In this document: one piece after another, positions 1 to 11,146 of the stretch
Layout of the letters: each line of letters begins with the position of its first letter
Position numbering within the stretch: position 1 is the stretch's first letter
From: Bacteroidota bacterium
GTDB lineage: Bacteria; Bacteroidota; Bacteroidia; Flavobacteriales; JADGDT01
Direction of reading: 5' to 3'
Assembly (NCBI GenBank): GCA_039714315.1
Contig: JBDLJM010000003.1
Location: forward strand, 2,692-66,691
Length of the DNA stretch: 64,000 nt
The notes under the pieces: model-generated
Told to the model about the DNA's origin: nothing
Seen by the model: the letters and a program-made list of their open reading frames with translations, nothing else
The model's database searches: none
Made by a program: the position numbers and the translations under genes

Positions 1-389
1 GAGATGAACTGATAGAAGAAGCTAAAAATGATGTTTTTGCACTGTTGAAAAAAACCATCAGACCGGAGTTTCTAAACAGGATTGACGAAACTATAATGTT
101 CACTCCCCTAAACAGAGATGAGGTGAACAATATTGTTAAACTTCAGCTAAATATCCTGAAAAAGATGCTGGCTAAAAAGAATATCAATATTTCCTTTAGT
201 AATGAAGCTGTTGACTTTTTGTCTGAAAAAGGTTTTGACCCTCAATTCGGAGCAAGACCAATAAAGAGAGTTATACAACGTGACCTTCTCAACATCTTGT
301 CAAAAGAGATATTGAAGGGAAGCATAATACCCGAAAGTGATATTCTAATTGACTTTGAGAAAGACAAACTGATTTTTATTAATAAGTAA
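1..389 (+). CDS. clpB: ClpB-type AAA+ disaggregase, C-terminal fragment (5' end lies off-window)
   Basis: Frame 3 is open from base 3. The translation ...RPEFLNRIDETIMFTPL...GFDPQFGARPIKRVIQ matches the conserved C-terminal small domain of ClpB/Hsp104. The 'M' at 45 in the track is an internal TTG. Confidence 0.85.
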   Translation, partial: DELIEEAKNDVFALLKKTIRPEFLNRIDETIMFTPLNRDEVNNIVKLQLNILKKMLAKKNINISFSNEAVDFLSEKGFDPQFGARPIKRVIQRDLLNILSKEILKGSIIPESDILIDFEKDKLIFINK

Positions 390-413
390 TCATTATTTAA
401 TTCTAATATAGTT

Positions 414-448
414 AGCGTTGAGCAATTAAATGTTCAACGCTTTTTTTA
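414..448 (+). terminator. Rho-independent terminator after clpB
   Basis: Stem agcgttga (414-421) pairs with tcaacgct (434-441) and is followed by a T-run. Confidence 0.85.
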
Positions 449-537
449 TATTCTTAATAAAGTTAAACTCATAGTCACTATAATAGTTTTTCAACTAAAT
501 TTTATAACTTGTAGTAAATATACCCATATTTACTAAG

Positions 538-1509
538 ATGAAATTAATTTACACTTTATTGCTATTAATAATAGCGGGAAAATCTACATGTCAAAGCAAT
601 TTCAGAATTGTTTTCTATAATGTAGAAAACCTTTTCGACACTTATGATAATCCAAAAACCAACGATGGTGAATTTACTGCGACCGGCAGCCGTCACTGGA
701 CAAACTATCGTTACTGGCAAAAAATAAAAAAAACATCTAAAACTCTAAAAATAATTGGAGAGTGGGAAGCACCCGCAATCATTGGATTAGCCGAAATAGA
801 AAATGATACAGTACTCAAAAATTTGATATACTCCGATGCCCTAAGAAAATACAACTACAAGTATATCCACAGAGATTCTCCCGATCACAGAGGTATTGAT
901 GTTGCCTTTCTATACAGAAAGGATAAATTCTTTCCTATAAGTTATAAGTTCTACCCATTAATTGATGAAAATGGAGAAAAAATAAATAGCCGCGAAATTC
1001 TATTCGCCAAAGGCATTGTAAAAGGCGGTGATACATTAAATTTTTTTATACTACACTTTCCCTCGCGTTATGGCGGCTATAAAAAATCGGAGCCCAAACG
1101 AATAAATGCTGTGAAACAACTTATTTCTATTATCGATTCAATAAATAATACACGGATTAATCCTAAGATTATTGTTATGGGCGATTTTAACGATACTCCA
1201 CTAAATTCAAGTATAAAAATGCTGGATAGATACAGATTCATCAATTTGTTAAATGCTGATCACGGAACACACAAACATCAGGGTAAATGGACTAGGCTCG
1301 ACCACTTTTTTGTTTCAAACAGCTTATTGGATAAATCCAACAAAGTTTACCTTAAATACTCTACCCGTGTTTTCATGGCAAAATTCCTTCAAAAAAAAGA
1401 CAACAAATACACTGGTTTCAAACCACACAGAACTTATACAGGCTACAAATACAACAATGGATTTTCAGACCATCTGCCAATATTTACCGATCTGGTATTT
1501 ATAAAGTGA
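538..1509 (+). CDS. Endonuclease/exonuclease/phosphatase (EEP) family protein, secreted
   Basis: N-terminal signal-like segment. FRIVFYNVENLFD near the N-terminus and a C-terminal SDHLPI motif are typical of the EEP fold. Confidence 0.7.
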   Translation: MKLIYTLLLLIIAGKSTCQSNFRIVFYNVENLFDTYDNPKTNDGEFTATGSRHWTNYRYWQKIKKTSKTLKIIGEWEAPAIIGLAEIENDTVLKNLIYSDALRKYNYKYIHRDSPDHRGIDVAFLYRKDKFFPISYKFYPLIDENGEKINSREILFAKGIVKGGDTLNFFILHFPSRYGGYKKSEPKRINAVKQLISIIDSINNTRINPKIIVMGDFNDTPLNSSIKMLDRYRFINLLNADHGTHKHQGKWTRLDHFFVSNSLLDKSNKVYLKYSTRVFMAKFLQKKDNKYTGFKPHRTYTGYKYNNGFSDHLPIFTDLVFIK

Positions 1510-1618
1510 AGTTACCTATCCGCTACTATACTATTTTCACTGTATTCCCTAATGATTAAAATCGCGGAGAACATAGATATAAGAAGTTAATAATCCTTTA
1601 GTCATCTTATTTCACAAT

Positions 1619-2029
1619 CTAAAACGATGGGACCGTTTTAATAATTAACGATTCTTCTTTTATCCCGGAAATTGCCATTATCTTATTTGTGATAATTTCT
1701 CCTGAATCTTCAGTTTTTATTATCAAATTTACTTTTGAAACACCTAATTTCTTCATTTTATCGATAGTTCCGGCATTAGATAAATCCTGAAATGATTCAT
1801 CAAAAATAGAGTTGATATTTCTAAGTTGGGTGTAGGCTTTAAAAGACTCTTCGTCAATGAAGTATAAGTTACACTTTAACGAATTTGTTACTATATCGTA
1901 TTCGTAAACTTTAGAATTAGCATCATTAAGCTCATTTACGCTTTTGCTTATTTCATTCACATTAAATTGTGCATAGGTAATGCTGCTAAAAAGCAAGAGC
2001 AGCACTAATACTATTAACTTCATATTCAA
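1619..2029 (-). CDS. Hypothetical secreted protein
   Basis: 136-aa ORF with a signal-peptide-like N-terminus (MNMKLIVLVLLLLFSSITYAQ). I recognise no family. Confidence 0.4.
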   Translation of the reverse strand: MNMKLIVLVLLLLFSSITYAQFNVNEISKSVNELNDANSKVYEYDIVTNSLKCNLYFIDEESFKAYTQLRNINSIFDESFQDLSNAGTIDKMKKLGVSKVNLIIKTEDSGEIITNKIMAISGIKEESLIIKTVPSF

Positions 2030-2115
2030 TAACTTGTTGCCGGTGTGTGATTATTTTTGCAAATGTAATATTACATATATATATAACGATATAAATCCGA
2101 AATAATTTTAAGAAA

Positions 2116-2152
2116 AATAAAAAAAGAGACCCTTAGCAATAAGAGTCTCTCT
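2116..2152 (-). terminator. Probable terminator downstream of malQ
   Basis: Stem agagac (2125-2130) pairs with gtctct (2145-2150). On the minus strand the hairpin is followed by a T-run (plus-strand A-run 2119-2125). Confidence 0.6.
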
Positions 2153-2182
2153 ATATATTCTGTTTTTGATGTGTAATTGGTA

Positions 2183-4900
2183 TTAACGTCCCGATCTGTT
2201 AACCATGTCTTTTACAGCATTATTAAAATCATCCTCCTTGAGTAAGTCTTCTATATTCATGTGGAACCTGTACCTCCAATAATGAGGAATAATTGCCGGT
2301 TCATTTATTTGTTCGGCCTTGGCTTCTTTAAAACGCAATTTATCATCTATTCCGATAAAATCCTGGATTGGAAGAATCGACCACATAGCCGGACTGTAAA
2401 GATGTTGATTAACTACCTCTTTTACCAGCCACGAATCAGCGTAGTAAGGTGCTAATCCCTGATGTCCCAATATCTGATTAAAAAATCTTTGTGACCTGTC
2501 ATAATCTTCTTCCCACCATCCGCGAATTGTAGACATATCATGACTGGACGATGTTACTACCGACAAATAAGGAGCATTGGCAGGATGGAAAAATTCAATA
2601 CCTGTATCTTTTGGCATTCTTTGAACCTCTAAAGATAAAATTCCAAGCTTATCCATAACCCCCGGAACAACCGCCGGTACCATACCCAGGTCCTCCCCAC
2701 ATATCAACATATTGGTTGCGTTTTTAATTGATGGTAATTTTTCCATTGCACGCTCCTTCCAAAAATCCTCCTGACGGTTATAGAAATAATCATTGTAAAT
2801 ATTATTTACTATTTCCTTTGAATAATCATCCAGCTCTTTAAAAGAGTGTGTACTTTGAAGTGAATGTCTTGGGTGATATTCCATTCCATTTTCACCATCA
2901 ATTTCAATAAACATAATATCGGCAATTAAATCGTATAATCCTTTCTTGATTATATCAATCTCAGCCCTCTCTTCGAGTGTTGTGCTTTCGTCAACCTTAA
3001 AATAACTTTCAACATGGCGCTGCGTGGCAAACTCATCTTTCAGCTCATACACACCATAACCTTTATCTACCAGAAAGTTGTTTTTTATATAATCTATTTT
3101 ATCGCCAAAAATATCTATCAGAATATGTTCTCTGATATAAGGCTTACAATATCTGCCTGAATCAAAATTCAATCCTTTTGTTCCAAACTCTTCTTCCTTA
3201 ATAGGCAGAGCAGGATTAAAATACCCTAATATTCCCTCCACGGCATGCATAGGAATTTGCCAAATACGGAAAAAACCTAAAATGTGATCTATGCGAAATG
3301 TATCAAAGTAGGCTGATAATTTCTGAAGACGTTTTGTCCACCATAAATAACCATCTTTGGCCATTTCATTCCAATTGTATGTTGGGAATCCCCAGTTTTG
3401 ACCTTTTACCGCAAAATCATCCGGCGGAGCACCAGCCTGCATCTCCATATTATACAAATGAGGCTCTGTCCAAGCATCAACACTGTTCCTGTATATACCA
3501 ATTGGGATATCTCCTTTTAAAATAATACCGTTTTTACGCGCATATTCACTTGCCTCCAAAAGTTGTAAATGCAAGTGATACTGAGTAAAATAGTGTAGTT
3601 CTACATCAACAAAATGCGCTGATTTCTCATCGTTTATCTCATCTAAAACCTCCTGACTAAATTCAGCATATTTTCCCCATTTTTTGAAATCAACTGTTTC
3701 GTATAAATCCCTCAGAAAGCTAAATGCAGCATAAGGCTTCAACCACTCTGCATTTTCACTTACGAAAGTCTTGAACTTCTTATCACTTTTAATTGCTTCT
3801 CTACTCTCTGTATATATTTGCTTAATATAACGGAGCTTAGTATTCATCACTTTTTCATAATCAATCGTACTTTTGGCATTCAGCTCATCCCGCAACTCAG
3901 TAATTATATTTTGAGTTAGCTTTGATGCTAACTTTCCGGCTTTTTCCAGATTTAAGTAAATAGGATGTAATGCAAATACAGAGATTGCAGCATAAGGATA
4001 CGAATCAACCCAGCTATGTGATGCAATAGTGTCGTTTATCGGTAAAATCTGGATTAGCTTCATGTCTGTTTTTACAGCCCAGTCAACAAGTAATTTTATA
4101 TCGCTGAACTCCCCTACTCCCAAAGATTTTTTACTCCTTAAAGAAAATACAGGAATAGCCACTCCGGCACCTTTCCACTGTTCAAATTCTCTGACAAAGT
4201 TCTCATCACTGACTATTAACTTTTCATCTTTGCTTTTAGGAGCGTGAGTAATCTTTCTGTTAGAACCATCCTCAAGTTCAATAACTTGTTTGCTACTTTC
4301 ATCGTAAAGTCCGTATTTATATTCTACAGGAAAGAGAGATGATGATAAATCCAGTTGAACACTATAATCAAAGTCCGACTTCTTATCTAGTACAAGAGCC
4401 TTCGACCAGTCCCAATCACCAAGTTCTTTATTTCCTCCCAAAATACAAACCGATAAACCGGATATATCAAAAGGAATTCTAACATTGAAAATATGGCTTA
4501 TATTTTTCTTGTAAACTGTTTTTTTCGACTTTACAGAATCCTGACTGAAAAATACATTAGAAAAAGGAGTTGTTGAAAAAGCATTTTGCGGATTATTAGT
4601 TGCTTTCCACTGATCTTGTAATATTAAAGATTTTCCCCAAGTAGGAGATACTTCAACTTTCCTCTTCTCTCCCCACTCTTTATCTACATTACCGGATTCG
4701 TCTTTAACAAAGTACGAATATTCAAACAGGAACTTCTTACTTGCTTTCATATTAACAATCAGCTCCCATTGTTCGCCATTGAAATATGACATTTCAACTG
4801 CTTTTGTAATATCTCCGTTACCTAATTCAGGAATGTTACCACTCACAAAAATCCTTTGTCCCCATTGAGTTTGATAACTTATTTTAAACGTAAGTTTCAT
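2183..4900 (-). CDS. malQ: 4-alpha-glucanotransferase (GH77 amylomaltase), long DPE2-like form with N-terminal starch-binding (CBM20-like) repeats
   Basis: 905 aa. The GH77 core includes FRIDHILGFFRIWQIP, GEDLGMVP and TSSHDMSTIRGWW. About 250 aa at the N-terminus form two beta-sandwich-like repeats, as in DPE2-type enzymes. Confidence 0.85.
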   Translation of the reverse strand: MKLTFKISYQTQWGQRIFVSGNIPELGNGDITKAVEMSYFNGEQWELIVNMKASKKFLFEYSYFVKDESGNVDKEWGEKRKVEVSPTWGKSLILQDQWKATNNPQNAFSTTPFSNVFFSQDSVKSKKTVYKKNISHIFNVRIPFDISGLSVCILGGNKELGDWDWSKALVLDKKSDFDYSVQLDLSSSLFPVEYKYGLYDESSKQVIELEDGSNRKITHAPKSKDEKLIVSDENFVREFEQWKGAGVAIPVFSLRSKKSLGVGEFSDIKLLVDWAVKTDMKLIQILPINDTIASHSWVDSYPYAAISVFALHPIYLNLEKAGKLASKLTQNIITELRDELNAKSTIDYEKVMNTKLRYIKQIYTESREAIKSDKKFKTFVSENAEWLKPYAAFSFLRDLYETVDFKKWGKYAEFSQEVLDEINDEKSAHFVDVELHYFTQYHLHLQLLEASEYARKNGIILKGDIPIGIYRNSVDAWTEPHLYNMEMQAGAPPDDFAVKGQNWGFPTYNWNEMAKDGYLWWTKRLQKLSAYFDTFRIDHILGFFRIWQIPMHAVEGILGYFNPALPIKEEEFGTKGLNFDSGRYCKPYIREHILIDIFGDKIDYIKNNFLVDKGYGVYELKDEFATQRHVESYFKVDESTTLEERAEIDIIKKGLYDLIADIMFIEIDGENGMEYHPRHSLQSTHSFKELDDYSKEIVNNIYNDYFYNRQEDFWKERAMEKLPSIKNATNMLICGEDLGMVPAVVPGVMDKLGILSLEVQRMPKDTGIEFFHPANAPYLSVVTSSSHDMSTIRGWWEEDYDRSQRFFNQILGHQGLAPYYADSWLVKEVVNQHLYSPAMWSILPIQDFIGIDDKLRFKEAKAEQINEPAIIPHYWRYRFHMNIEDLLKEDDFNNAVKDMVNRSGR

Positions 4901-5054
4901 TATTTATTAACTATTTATGTTGTTGTTATTGTTGTTCAATACATAAGTGTACTTACAACACTTAGTGTTGTTTCAAAAGTAATAATAAAAAGATACAATA
5001 TATAAAAATCAAATCAAAAATACATTTTATGCTAATAACAGCCATTTTTATTAA

Positions 5055-5062
5055 TAACTTTG
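5055..5062 (+). promoter_or_regulatory. Bacteroidota-type -7 box (TAACTTTG)
   Basis: Exact match to the TAnnTTTG consensus, about 100 nt upstream of the Fur-family gene. Confidence 0.4.
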
Positions 5063-5161
5063 CATAGTTTAAACTCTAAAATACTTATTAAAGTTTGTTC
5101 ACATTTTTAGGTAATCTAAATAAATATTACTTATTTAGCATTATACTATTAAATCATTAAA

Positions 5162-5599
5162 ATGAGCGAGAATAATCAATCCATTGTAAAACAAGTTTTC
5201 ACTAAATTCCTTGAAAACAAAGGACATAGGAAAACGCCTGAACGTTTTGCCATTCTTCAGGAGATATACTCAAATGAAGGCCATTTTGATATAGAATCAC
5301 TATATATTAAAATGAAAAATAAAAACTATAGGGTTAGCAGGGCTACATTGTATAATACAATCGACCTGTTACTGGAATGTAATTTGGTTAGAAAACATCA
5401 GTTCGGTCATAATCAATCATTTTATGAAAAATCTCACTTCGATAAACAGCATGATCACCTGATTATTACCGATACCGGTGAAGTTATTGAATTTTGTGAT
5501 CCCAGAATAGAGGCTATTAAGCAAGGTATAGAAGAAAGTTTTGGAGTAAAAATACAAAGTCATTCTTTGTACTTTTATGGAGAAAAAAATAAGGATTAA
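5162..5599 (+). CDS. Fur-family transcriptional repressor
   Basis: 145 aa with a winged-helix region ([13 protein letters not shown]...[14 protein letters not shown]) and an HDH metal-site motif. Only 2 Cys and no CxxC pairs, so the structural Zn(Cys4) site appears absent. Confidence 0.8.
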   Translation: MSENNQSIVKQVFTKFLENKGHRKTPERFAILQEIYSNEGHFDIESLYIKMKNKNYRVSRATLYNTIDLLLECNLVRKHQFGHNQSFYEKSHFDKQHDHLIITDTGEVIEFCDPRIEAIKQGIEESFGVKIQSHSLYFYGEKNKD

Positions 5600-5624
5600 T
5601 TACATATCATTTATATAAAATAAA

Positions 5625-6896
5625 ATGACGGTTGATTTATTGTTAGGCCTTCAATGGGGAGATGAAGGTAAGGGGAAAATTGTAGATGTTTTAACATCTC
5701 AATATGATATTATAGCTCGCTTTCAGGGTGGTCCAAACGCAGGTCATACTTTAGAGTTTGACGGACATAAGCACGTTCTGCACACAATTCCATCAGGTAT
5801 ATTTCACAAAGACTCTGAAAATATTATAGGAAACGGAGTGGTGATTGATCCTGTAATATTCAAAAGGGAAATTGATGAAATGTCGGGTTTTAATATCGAC
5901 TTTCAAAAAAAACTTTTTATTTCCAGAAAAGCTCATTTAATATTACCAACTCACAGGTTGTTGGATGCTGCTTCAGAAACAGCAAAAGGAAAAGCTAAAA
6001 TTGGTTCGACCCTAAAAGGTATTGGTCCAACTTATATGGATAAAACCGGGAGAAACGGTCTTAGGGTTGGAGACATAGAGTTGAGTGACTTCATGGACAG
6101 ATATAACAACTTAAGGGCTAAGCATCTTGAAATGTTAGAAAATTACAATGTTGATATTCAATTCGATCTTAAAGAACTGGAGAAAGAATGGTTTGAATCT
6201 ATTAAAGCATTGAAACTGTTGAAATTTATCGACAGTGAAAAATACTTCAGTGATGCACTAAAAAATAATCAGACAATCCTGGCAGAAGGAGCTCAGGGGT
6301 CATTATTGGATGTAGACTTCGGAACATATCCGTTTGTAACTTCATCAACAACAACTGCTGCGGGAGCATGTACCGGTTTAGGAATTTCTCCCCGCTCTAT
6401 TGGTGATGTTATTGGAATTTTCAAAGCCTATGTTACTAGGGTTGGTAGTGGTCCTTTCCCAACTGAGTTATTCGATGAAGATGGAGTACAATTAGCAAAA
6501 GTTGGAAACGAATTTGGATCTACAACCGGTAGAGCCCGCCGTACAGGTTGGTTAGACCTGGTTGCCCTAAAGTATGCATGTGAAATTAATGGAGTTTCTA
6601 AACTTTACATGATGAAAGCCGACGTACTAAGTGGCTTCAAAACATTAAAAGTTTGTACACATTATGAATACAGAGGAGAAAAAATCGATTATTTCCCTTA
6701 TAATGTAGAAGAAGAAAACATTAAGCCTATTTATACTGAAGTTCCGGGTTGGAAAAAAGATCTTACTAAGATTGAATCGGCAGAAGAGTTTCCGGAAAAT
6801 CTAAATAAATATATAGATTTTATCGAAAAAGAAACCGGAATACCTGTTGCTGTTGTATCTGTTGGTCCTGATAGAACTCAAACAATCAACAGATAA
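5625..6896 (+). CDS. purA: Adenylosuccinate synthase
   Basis: 423 aa. QWGDEGKGK P-loop, GPNAGHT and GIGPTY motifs, and full-length collinearity with PurA. Confidence 0.95.
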   Translation: MTVDLLLGLQWGDEGKGKIVDVLTSQYDIIARFQGGPNAGHTLEFDGHKHVLHTIPSGIFHKDSENIIGNGVVIDPVIFKREIDEMSGFNIDFQKKLFISRKAHLILPTHRLLDAASETAKGKAKIGSTLKGIGPTYMDKTGRNGLRVGDIELSDFMDRYNNLRAKHLEMLENYNVDIQFDLKELEKEWFESIKALKLLKFIDSEKYFSDALKNNQTILAEGAQGSLLDVDFGTYPFVTSSTTTAAGACTGLGISPRSIGDVIGIFKAYVTRVGSGPFPTELFDEDGVQLAKVGNEFGSTTGRARRTGWLDLVALKYACEINGVSKLYMMKADVLSGFKTLKVCTHYEYRGEKIDYFPYNVEEENIKPIYTEVPGWKKDLTKIESAEEFPENLNKYIDFIEKETGIPVAVVSVGPDRTQTINR

Positions 6897-6931
6897 TCAG
6901 TTAAGTAAAAACAACATATAGATAATAATTT

Positions 6932-6959
6932 AGAGGGGCCTTTATGCCCCTCTTTTTTG
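6932..6959 (+). terminator. Rho-independent terminator after purA
   Basis: Stem agaggggc (6932-6939) pairs with gcccctct (6946-6953) and is followed by TTTTT. Confidence 0.85.
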
Positions 6960-7038
6960 TTCAAAAAATCACTAATATTGTTTAAATTTGAGCAATTAAT
7001 GAATTTGCGCTAAATATGCATCGAAAGACTGATAAGTT

Positions 7039-8685
7039 TTGTCTTTTAATGTCTTCTTTTTAATTTATCAGGTATTAATAACACAACATATTATTTTGAG
7101 ATTTATACTTACCATTATTAGCTTTCTGTTTATCACAACTTCTTTTGCTCAGGAGAAAGTTCAAAAAATCAAATATAAACACGCAGATGAGCACAGGTTT
7201 GACAGAAAAGTTGACCCCGACGCCCAAATGATGATAGGACACGTATCTTTTGAACATGATGGAACAATTTTATCATGTGACAGCGCTGTTTTCTATCAGG
7301 GAAAAAATATTATGAGAGCCTTTGGTAGTGTAATTGTCAATCAGGCAGACACCTTAAAAATGTACTCCGATTATTTGGATTACCACGGCGATTCAAAGCT
7401 GGCTTTAGCCAATGGAAACGTAAGACTAATTGAGCCCAGTATGACTTTAAAGAGTGATACTGTCAGGTTCGATAGAAATCAGCAGATTGCTTACTATCCT
7501 TCCTATGGTGAGATCAAAGATAGCGCCAATACCCTTACCTCTTTAAAAGGAACCTACCATACGACAGATAAAAAATTAGTTTTCACCACCGATGTTACTA
7601 TAACAAATGATAAATATGTGATGAAATCAAATCATCTCACATATTATACCAACTACAAAACTGTATATTTTTACGGTCCGTCCACTATTACAAGTACCGA
7701 CAATTTTATCTATTGTGAAAACGGATTTTACGATACGAGGAATGAAGAATCCTATTTCAAAAAGAATTCATACATCAGCTATGGAAATCAAACCCTGGAA
7801 GGAGATTCTATTTACTATGACCGAAGAAAAGGTTTTGGTTCGGCAAACAAAAATATTGTAGTAAACGACACTACAAAAAATCTCATAATCAAAGGAGAAT
7901 ATGCCGAATATTTCGAAAATAATGATTCCACATTTGTTACAGACAGGGCTGTTGCAATTAATATAATGGAAAACGATTCTCTTTTTATCCACGGAGATAC
8001 ATTAATGATGACCATGTTGCCAAAATCCAAAAACAGATTAATGCGGGTTTTTCACAAGGTGAAAATGTATAAAAACGACATGCAGGGAAAATGTGACTCT
8101 CTTATATATAATGAAGAAATTGGAGAGATAAAAATGTTATACGACCCTATAGTATGGTCAGGAAAAAATCAGATGACTTCAGATACAATTATAGTAACAA
8201 ATAATAGTGAAACCGAAAAATTAGATTCTTTGAAATTGATCAATAACGGCTTTATTATTTCTAATGATACTATAGATAATTTTAACCAAATAAAGGGTAA
8301 AAATATCTATGGAAAATTCAAAAACAATGAATTAGACATAATTAATGTAGTAGGAAACAGTGAAACTATTTACTTTGCCAGGAACGAACAAAAAGAACTG
8401 ATTGGCATCAACAAAGCCGTTAGCAGCTACATGCTAATCAGACTTAAAGAAAACGAAATAAACGAAATATCTTTTATAACAGATCCTGAAGCAGAACTTT
8501 CCCCAAACTCCGTAATACCTGAAAATGCACGAAAACTAAAAGGTTTTTCATGGAGAAATGAGGAAAGAATAAACAGTAAGGAAGATATTTTTGTTGATAG
8601 TCCTCTGCAAATAAACAGTGATCAGGAAGCACCAAAACCTGAAAACATTTCAAAACCCGACATAAATATTGACAATATCCAATAG
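7039..8685 (+). CDS. OstA-like (LptD N-terminal domain family) periplasmic protein
   Basis: 548 aa with repeated beta-jellyroll-like OstA segments. The start is uncertain: the track start at 7039 is TTG, and an in-frame TTG at 7096 would give a cleaner signal peptide (MRFILTIISFLFITTSFAQ). Confidence 0.6.
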   Translation: MSFNVFFLIYQVLITQHIILRFILTIISFLFITTSFAQEKVQKIKYKHADEHRFDRKVDPDAQMMIGHVSFEHDGTILSCDSAVFYQGKNIMRAFGSVIVNQADTLKMYSDYLDYHGDSKLALANGNVRLIEPSMTLKSDTVRFDRNQQIAYYPSYGEIKDSANTLTSLKGTYHTTDKKLVFTTDVTITNDKYVMKSNHLTYYTNYKTVYFYGPSTITSTDNFIYCENGFYDTRNEESYFKKNSYISYGNQTLEGDSIYYDRRKGFGSANKNIVVNDTTKNLIIKGEYAEYFENNDSTFVTDRAVAINIMENDSLFIHGDTLMMTMLPKSKNRLMRVFHKVKMYKNDMQGKCDSLIYNEEIGEIKMLYDPIVWSGKNQMTSDTIIVTNNSETEKLDSLKLINNGFIISNDTIDNFNQIKGKNIYGKFKNNELDIINVVGNSETIYFARNEQKELIGINKAVSSYMLIRLKENEINEISFITDPEAELSPNSVIPENARKLKGFSWRNEERINSKEDIFVDSPLQINSDQEAPKPENISKPDINIDNIQ

Positions 8686-8776
8686 TTTTTCAAAAAAATG
8701 GTGTAAATATGTAAAAAGATATTACATTTATTAACGATTACAATCCAAAACATCCTAATAACTAAAATTTACTATA

Positions 8777-9415
8777 ATGAAAACCAAGCTTTTACTATTC
8801 TTAATAGTAATCTGTTCAGGTTATATTAAGGCCCAGCAATTAGATAACAGTTCAAACGTTAACAGTGAAATAATTGATATTGAAAACCCTGACATCGAAA
8901 AGCTAAACAGGAACATTTTTCAATACCTGAACCAATCCAGAAAAGCTACTAATAATTCTATTTTCATCTATAGTAACGAACTTGCCGCATCTGCACTATA
9001 TCATTCCAACAATATGCATAACGACCACTTTTTCGGACATAACAACGGTAATGATGTAGGTCTGGAAACGCCGCTTAAACGTATATTAAAATTCGAAGGG
9101 AACTATCCCTATATCGCTGAGAACATTTCAAACATCACTGTTTTAAACTCAAAAAATGAAAAGAATATCGAAATAAAAACAGATGGCGATAATATAATAT
9201 ATTACAATAGTAATGGAGAAGAAATAACTTTTCACAGTTATGACAGCCTTGCTAAAAAAATTGTAAATGAGTGGATGAATTCCGAAAAACACAGAAAAAA
9301 CATCCTCAACCCCGATTTAAAAGAAACCGGAATTGGAGTTGTTATATATAGCAAAGGTGAGGGTATCTACAAACAATACTATGCGCTAATAACCCAGGAT
9401 TTAGGAGGTTATTAG
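8777..9415 (+). CDS. CAP/SCP-domain secreted protein
   Basis: Signal peptide, then the C-terminal part NEWMNSEKHRKNILNPDLKETGIG, which is typical of CAP (cysteine-rich secretory/PR-1-like) domains. Confidence 0.6.
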   Translation: MKTKLLLFLIVICSGYIKAQQLDNSSNVNSEIIDIENPDIEKLNRNIFQYLNQSRKATNNSIFIYSNELAASALYHSNNMHNDHFFGHNNGNDVGLETPLKRILKFEGNYPYIAENISNITVLNSKNEKNIEIKTDGDNIIYYNSNGEEITFHSYDSLAKKIVNEWMNSEKHRKNILNPDLKETGIGVVIYSKGEGIYKQYYALITQDLGGY

Positions 9416-9437
9416 AACCTTAACTATATCGTAAAAA

Positions 9438-9635
9438 CTAAGCAGAAACATCCGTTTTTTCCTGAAGCTCTGAGCATTTTGCTCTGCAGGCATCTAATTC
9501 CTGATGCATAGATTTAAGCTTAAACTGTAAACTTTCAACAGCTTCGTCTGCTACACATTTCTTGGCACTACGCCCAAGCCAACCGACAACAAACCCTACT
9601 GCTAACGATAATATACTCCATCCTATGATTCCCAT
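9438..9635 (-). CDS. Small membrane-anchored hypothetical protein
   Basis: 65 aa with one N-terminal TM helix followed by a coiled-coil-like tail. No family recognised. Confidence 0.35.
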   Translation of the reverse strand: MGIIGWSILSLAVGFVVGWLGRSAKKCVADEAVESLQFKLKSMHQELDACRAKCSELQEKTDVSA

Positions 9636-9814
9636 AACTAAATCTAATTGGTTAATAAAACAGTTATGTTAAATTAACTAATTATTATTAGTTGATTTAT
9701 AATATTGAACACTTATCTAATACAAGTTACTCAATAAAAATCTTGATCTAGTTTGAGTAAATATAACATCTTAGCAGTGAGAGACAATCAAAAGATAAGA
9801 CCTAATTAGACCTG

Positions 9815-11137
9815 CTACCTAAGTGATTCCAAAAAGTTCACAAGAACCTTCCTCAATCTAAAAAGTTCCTTTTGCTTTTTAGATGATTTTTTCATCCTCA
9901 TTCCTCTTTTCATCTTTATGTAAAGCCTCCAGTAATCATAACTGAAAACCCCTAAAAATCCAATTATTACCAGTAAGATCAATGCAACATAAACAGATAA
10001 AATACTTTTTAACACAAAAAAGTATATCAGATAAAATACGGGGAAACTAACCAAAGCTCCCAAAGTAAAGTACATAGTTCCATGAAATTGAATATCCTCA
10101 ATATTTCTGGTACTCATATATACTAATTTATACGGCAAATAGTTAAATAAAGCCCCTATTATATACAATGGAAATGTCAATATTAAAAGTAATATTATAC
10201 CTATACAGGATCTTTTATTCTGAACCCTTTGAACACTGTAATCATCAGTTCTTACCTCCTTTAACAGTTTTCTGTATTCATTGGTTTTTCTGATAATCTT
10301 TGAGAATATATCTTCATCCAGATATTGAAACCTCGTAATATTTTCAACAAGTTTTTGATCGTGTTTTATTCTGTCTTCAAACGATAAGTCTTCTGTACTA
10401 TTCTCTATGTTGAAATTTATTTCCGTTAAAAAGTCTACCGCTTCATATTCATTACCTTTAAACTGAATATTAACTATCAAAGGTATTATAGAGTCCCTTA
10501 TTGCTCCATTGAGTTTATTAACCCCATTAGGAATATTTTCTTTATAATCCTCAATATAATCCTTAACAGAAATTGCTTTTCCGTAATTAACATGAACTTT
10601 TGATCTGAACCAGTAATAATGTTCATATTCAATTCCTACAGGAACAATCTTTACATTTAATTCCTCATTATAGTTTAATTCGGTTTGGAAAGCTACCCGG
10701 GAAATTCCTTTTTTCAAAGACCGTAACTTCCTGTAACCGGCATGATTAGCTTCAGGGAAAATTCCTAATCCGCTTCCACTGGCAATTACACTCATTGTTT
10801 TATCAAAAATTGCCTGATTTCTATGAAGATTTTCATACCCATCTCTTATTCTGAAAACCGGGAGCATCTTTATAAAATATAGAAACTTCGCGATAATTTT
10901 ATTTTTAAAAATATCGGAACGTGCAAAAAAGATAATCTGACTTTTACGGGTAAATAAAAGTACTAAGGGATCTATAAGTGCATTCTGATGATTGGGGGCA
11001 TATATTATTGGTTCACCTTCTTCCACCCCGCTCTTATCTTCAACACTAATTTTGTAAAACATATGAAAAGCCCTTGAAAGATAAGCTTTCAATACTCCAT
11101 ATAAATATGATTTCCTTTCAATAGTATTAAATCCCAT
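9815..11137 (-). CDS. Lysophospholipid/glycerol-phosphate acyltransferase (PlsC family) with C-terminal TM extension
   Basis: 440 aa. HxxxxD-type motif (NHQNALID), an FPEANH block, and hydrophobic helices near the C-terminus. Confidence 0.7.
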   Translation of the reverse strand: MGFNTIERKSYLYGVLKAYLSRAFHMFYKISVEDKSGVEEGEPIIYAPNHQNALIDPLVLLFTRKSQIIFFARSDIFKNKIIAKFLYFIKMLPVFRIRDGYENLHRNQAIFDKTMSVIASGSGLGIFPEANHAGYRKLRSLKKGISRVAFQTELNYNEELNVKIVPVGIEYEHYYWFRSKVHVNYGKAISVKDYIEDYKENIPNGVNKLNGAIRDSIIPLIVNIQFKGNEYEAVDFLTEINFNIENSTEDLSFEDRIKHDQKLVENITRFQYLDEDIFSKIIRKTNEYRKLLKEVRTDDYSVQRVQNKRSCIGIILLLILTFPLYIIGALFNYLPYKLVYMSTRNIEDIQFHGTMYFTLGALVSFPVFYLIYFFVLKSILSVYVALILLVIIGFLGVFSYDYWRLYIKMKRGMRMKKSSKKQKELFRLRKVLVNFLESLR

Positions 11138-11146
11138 AAAACAGAG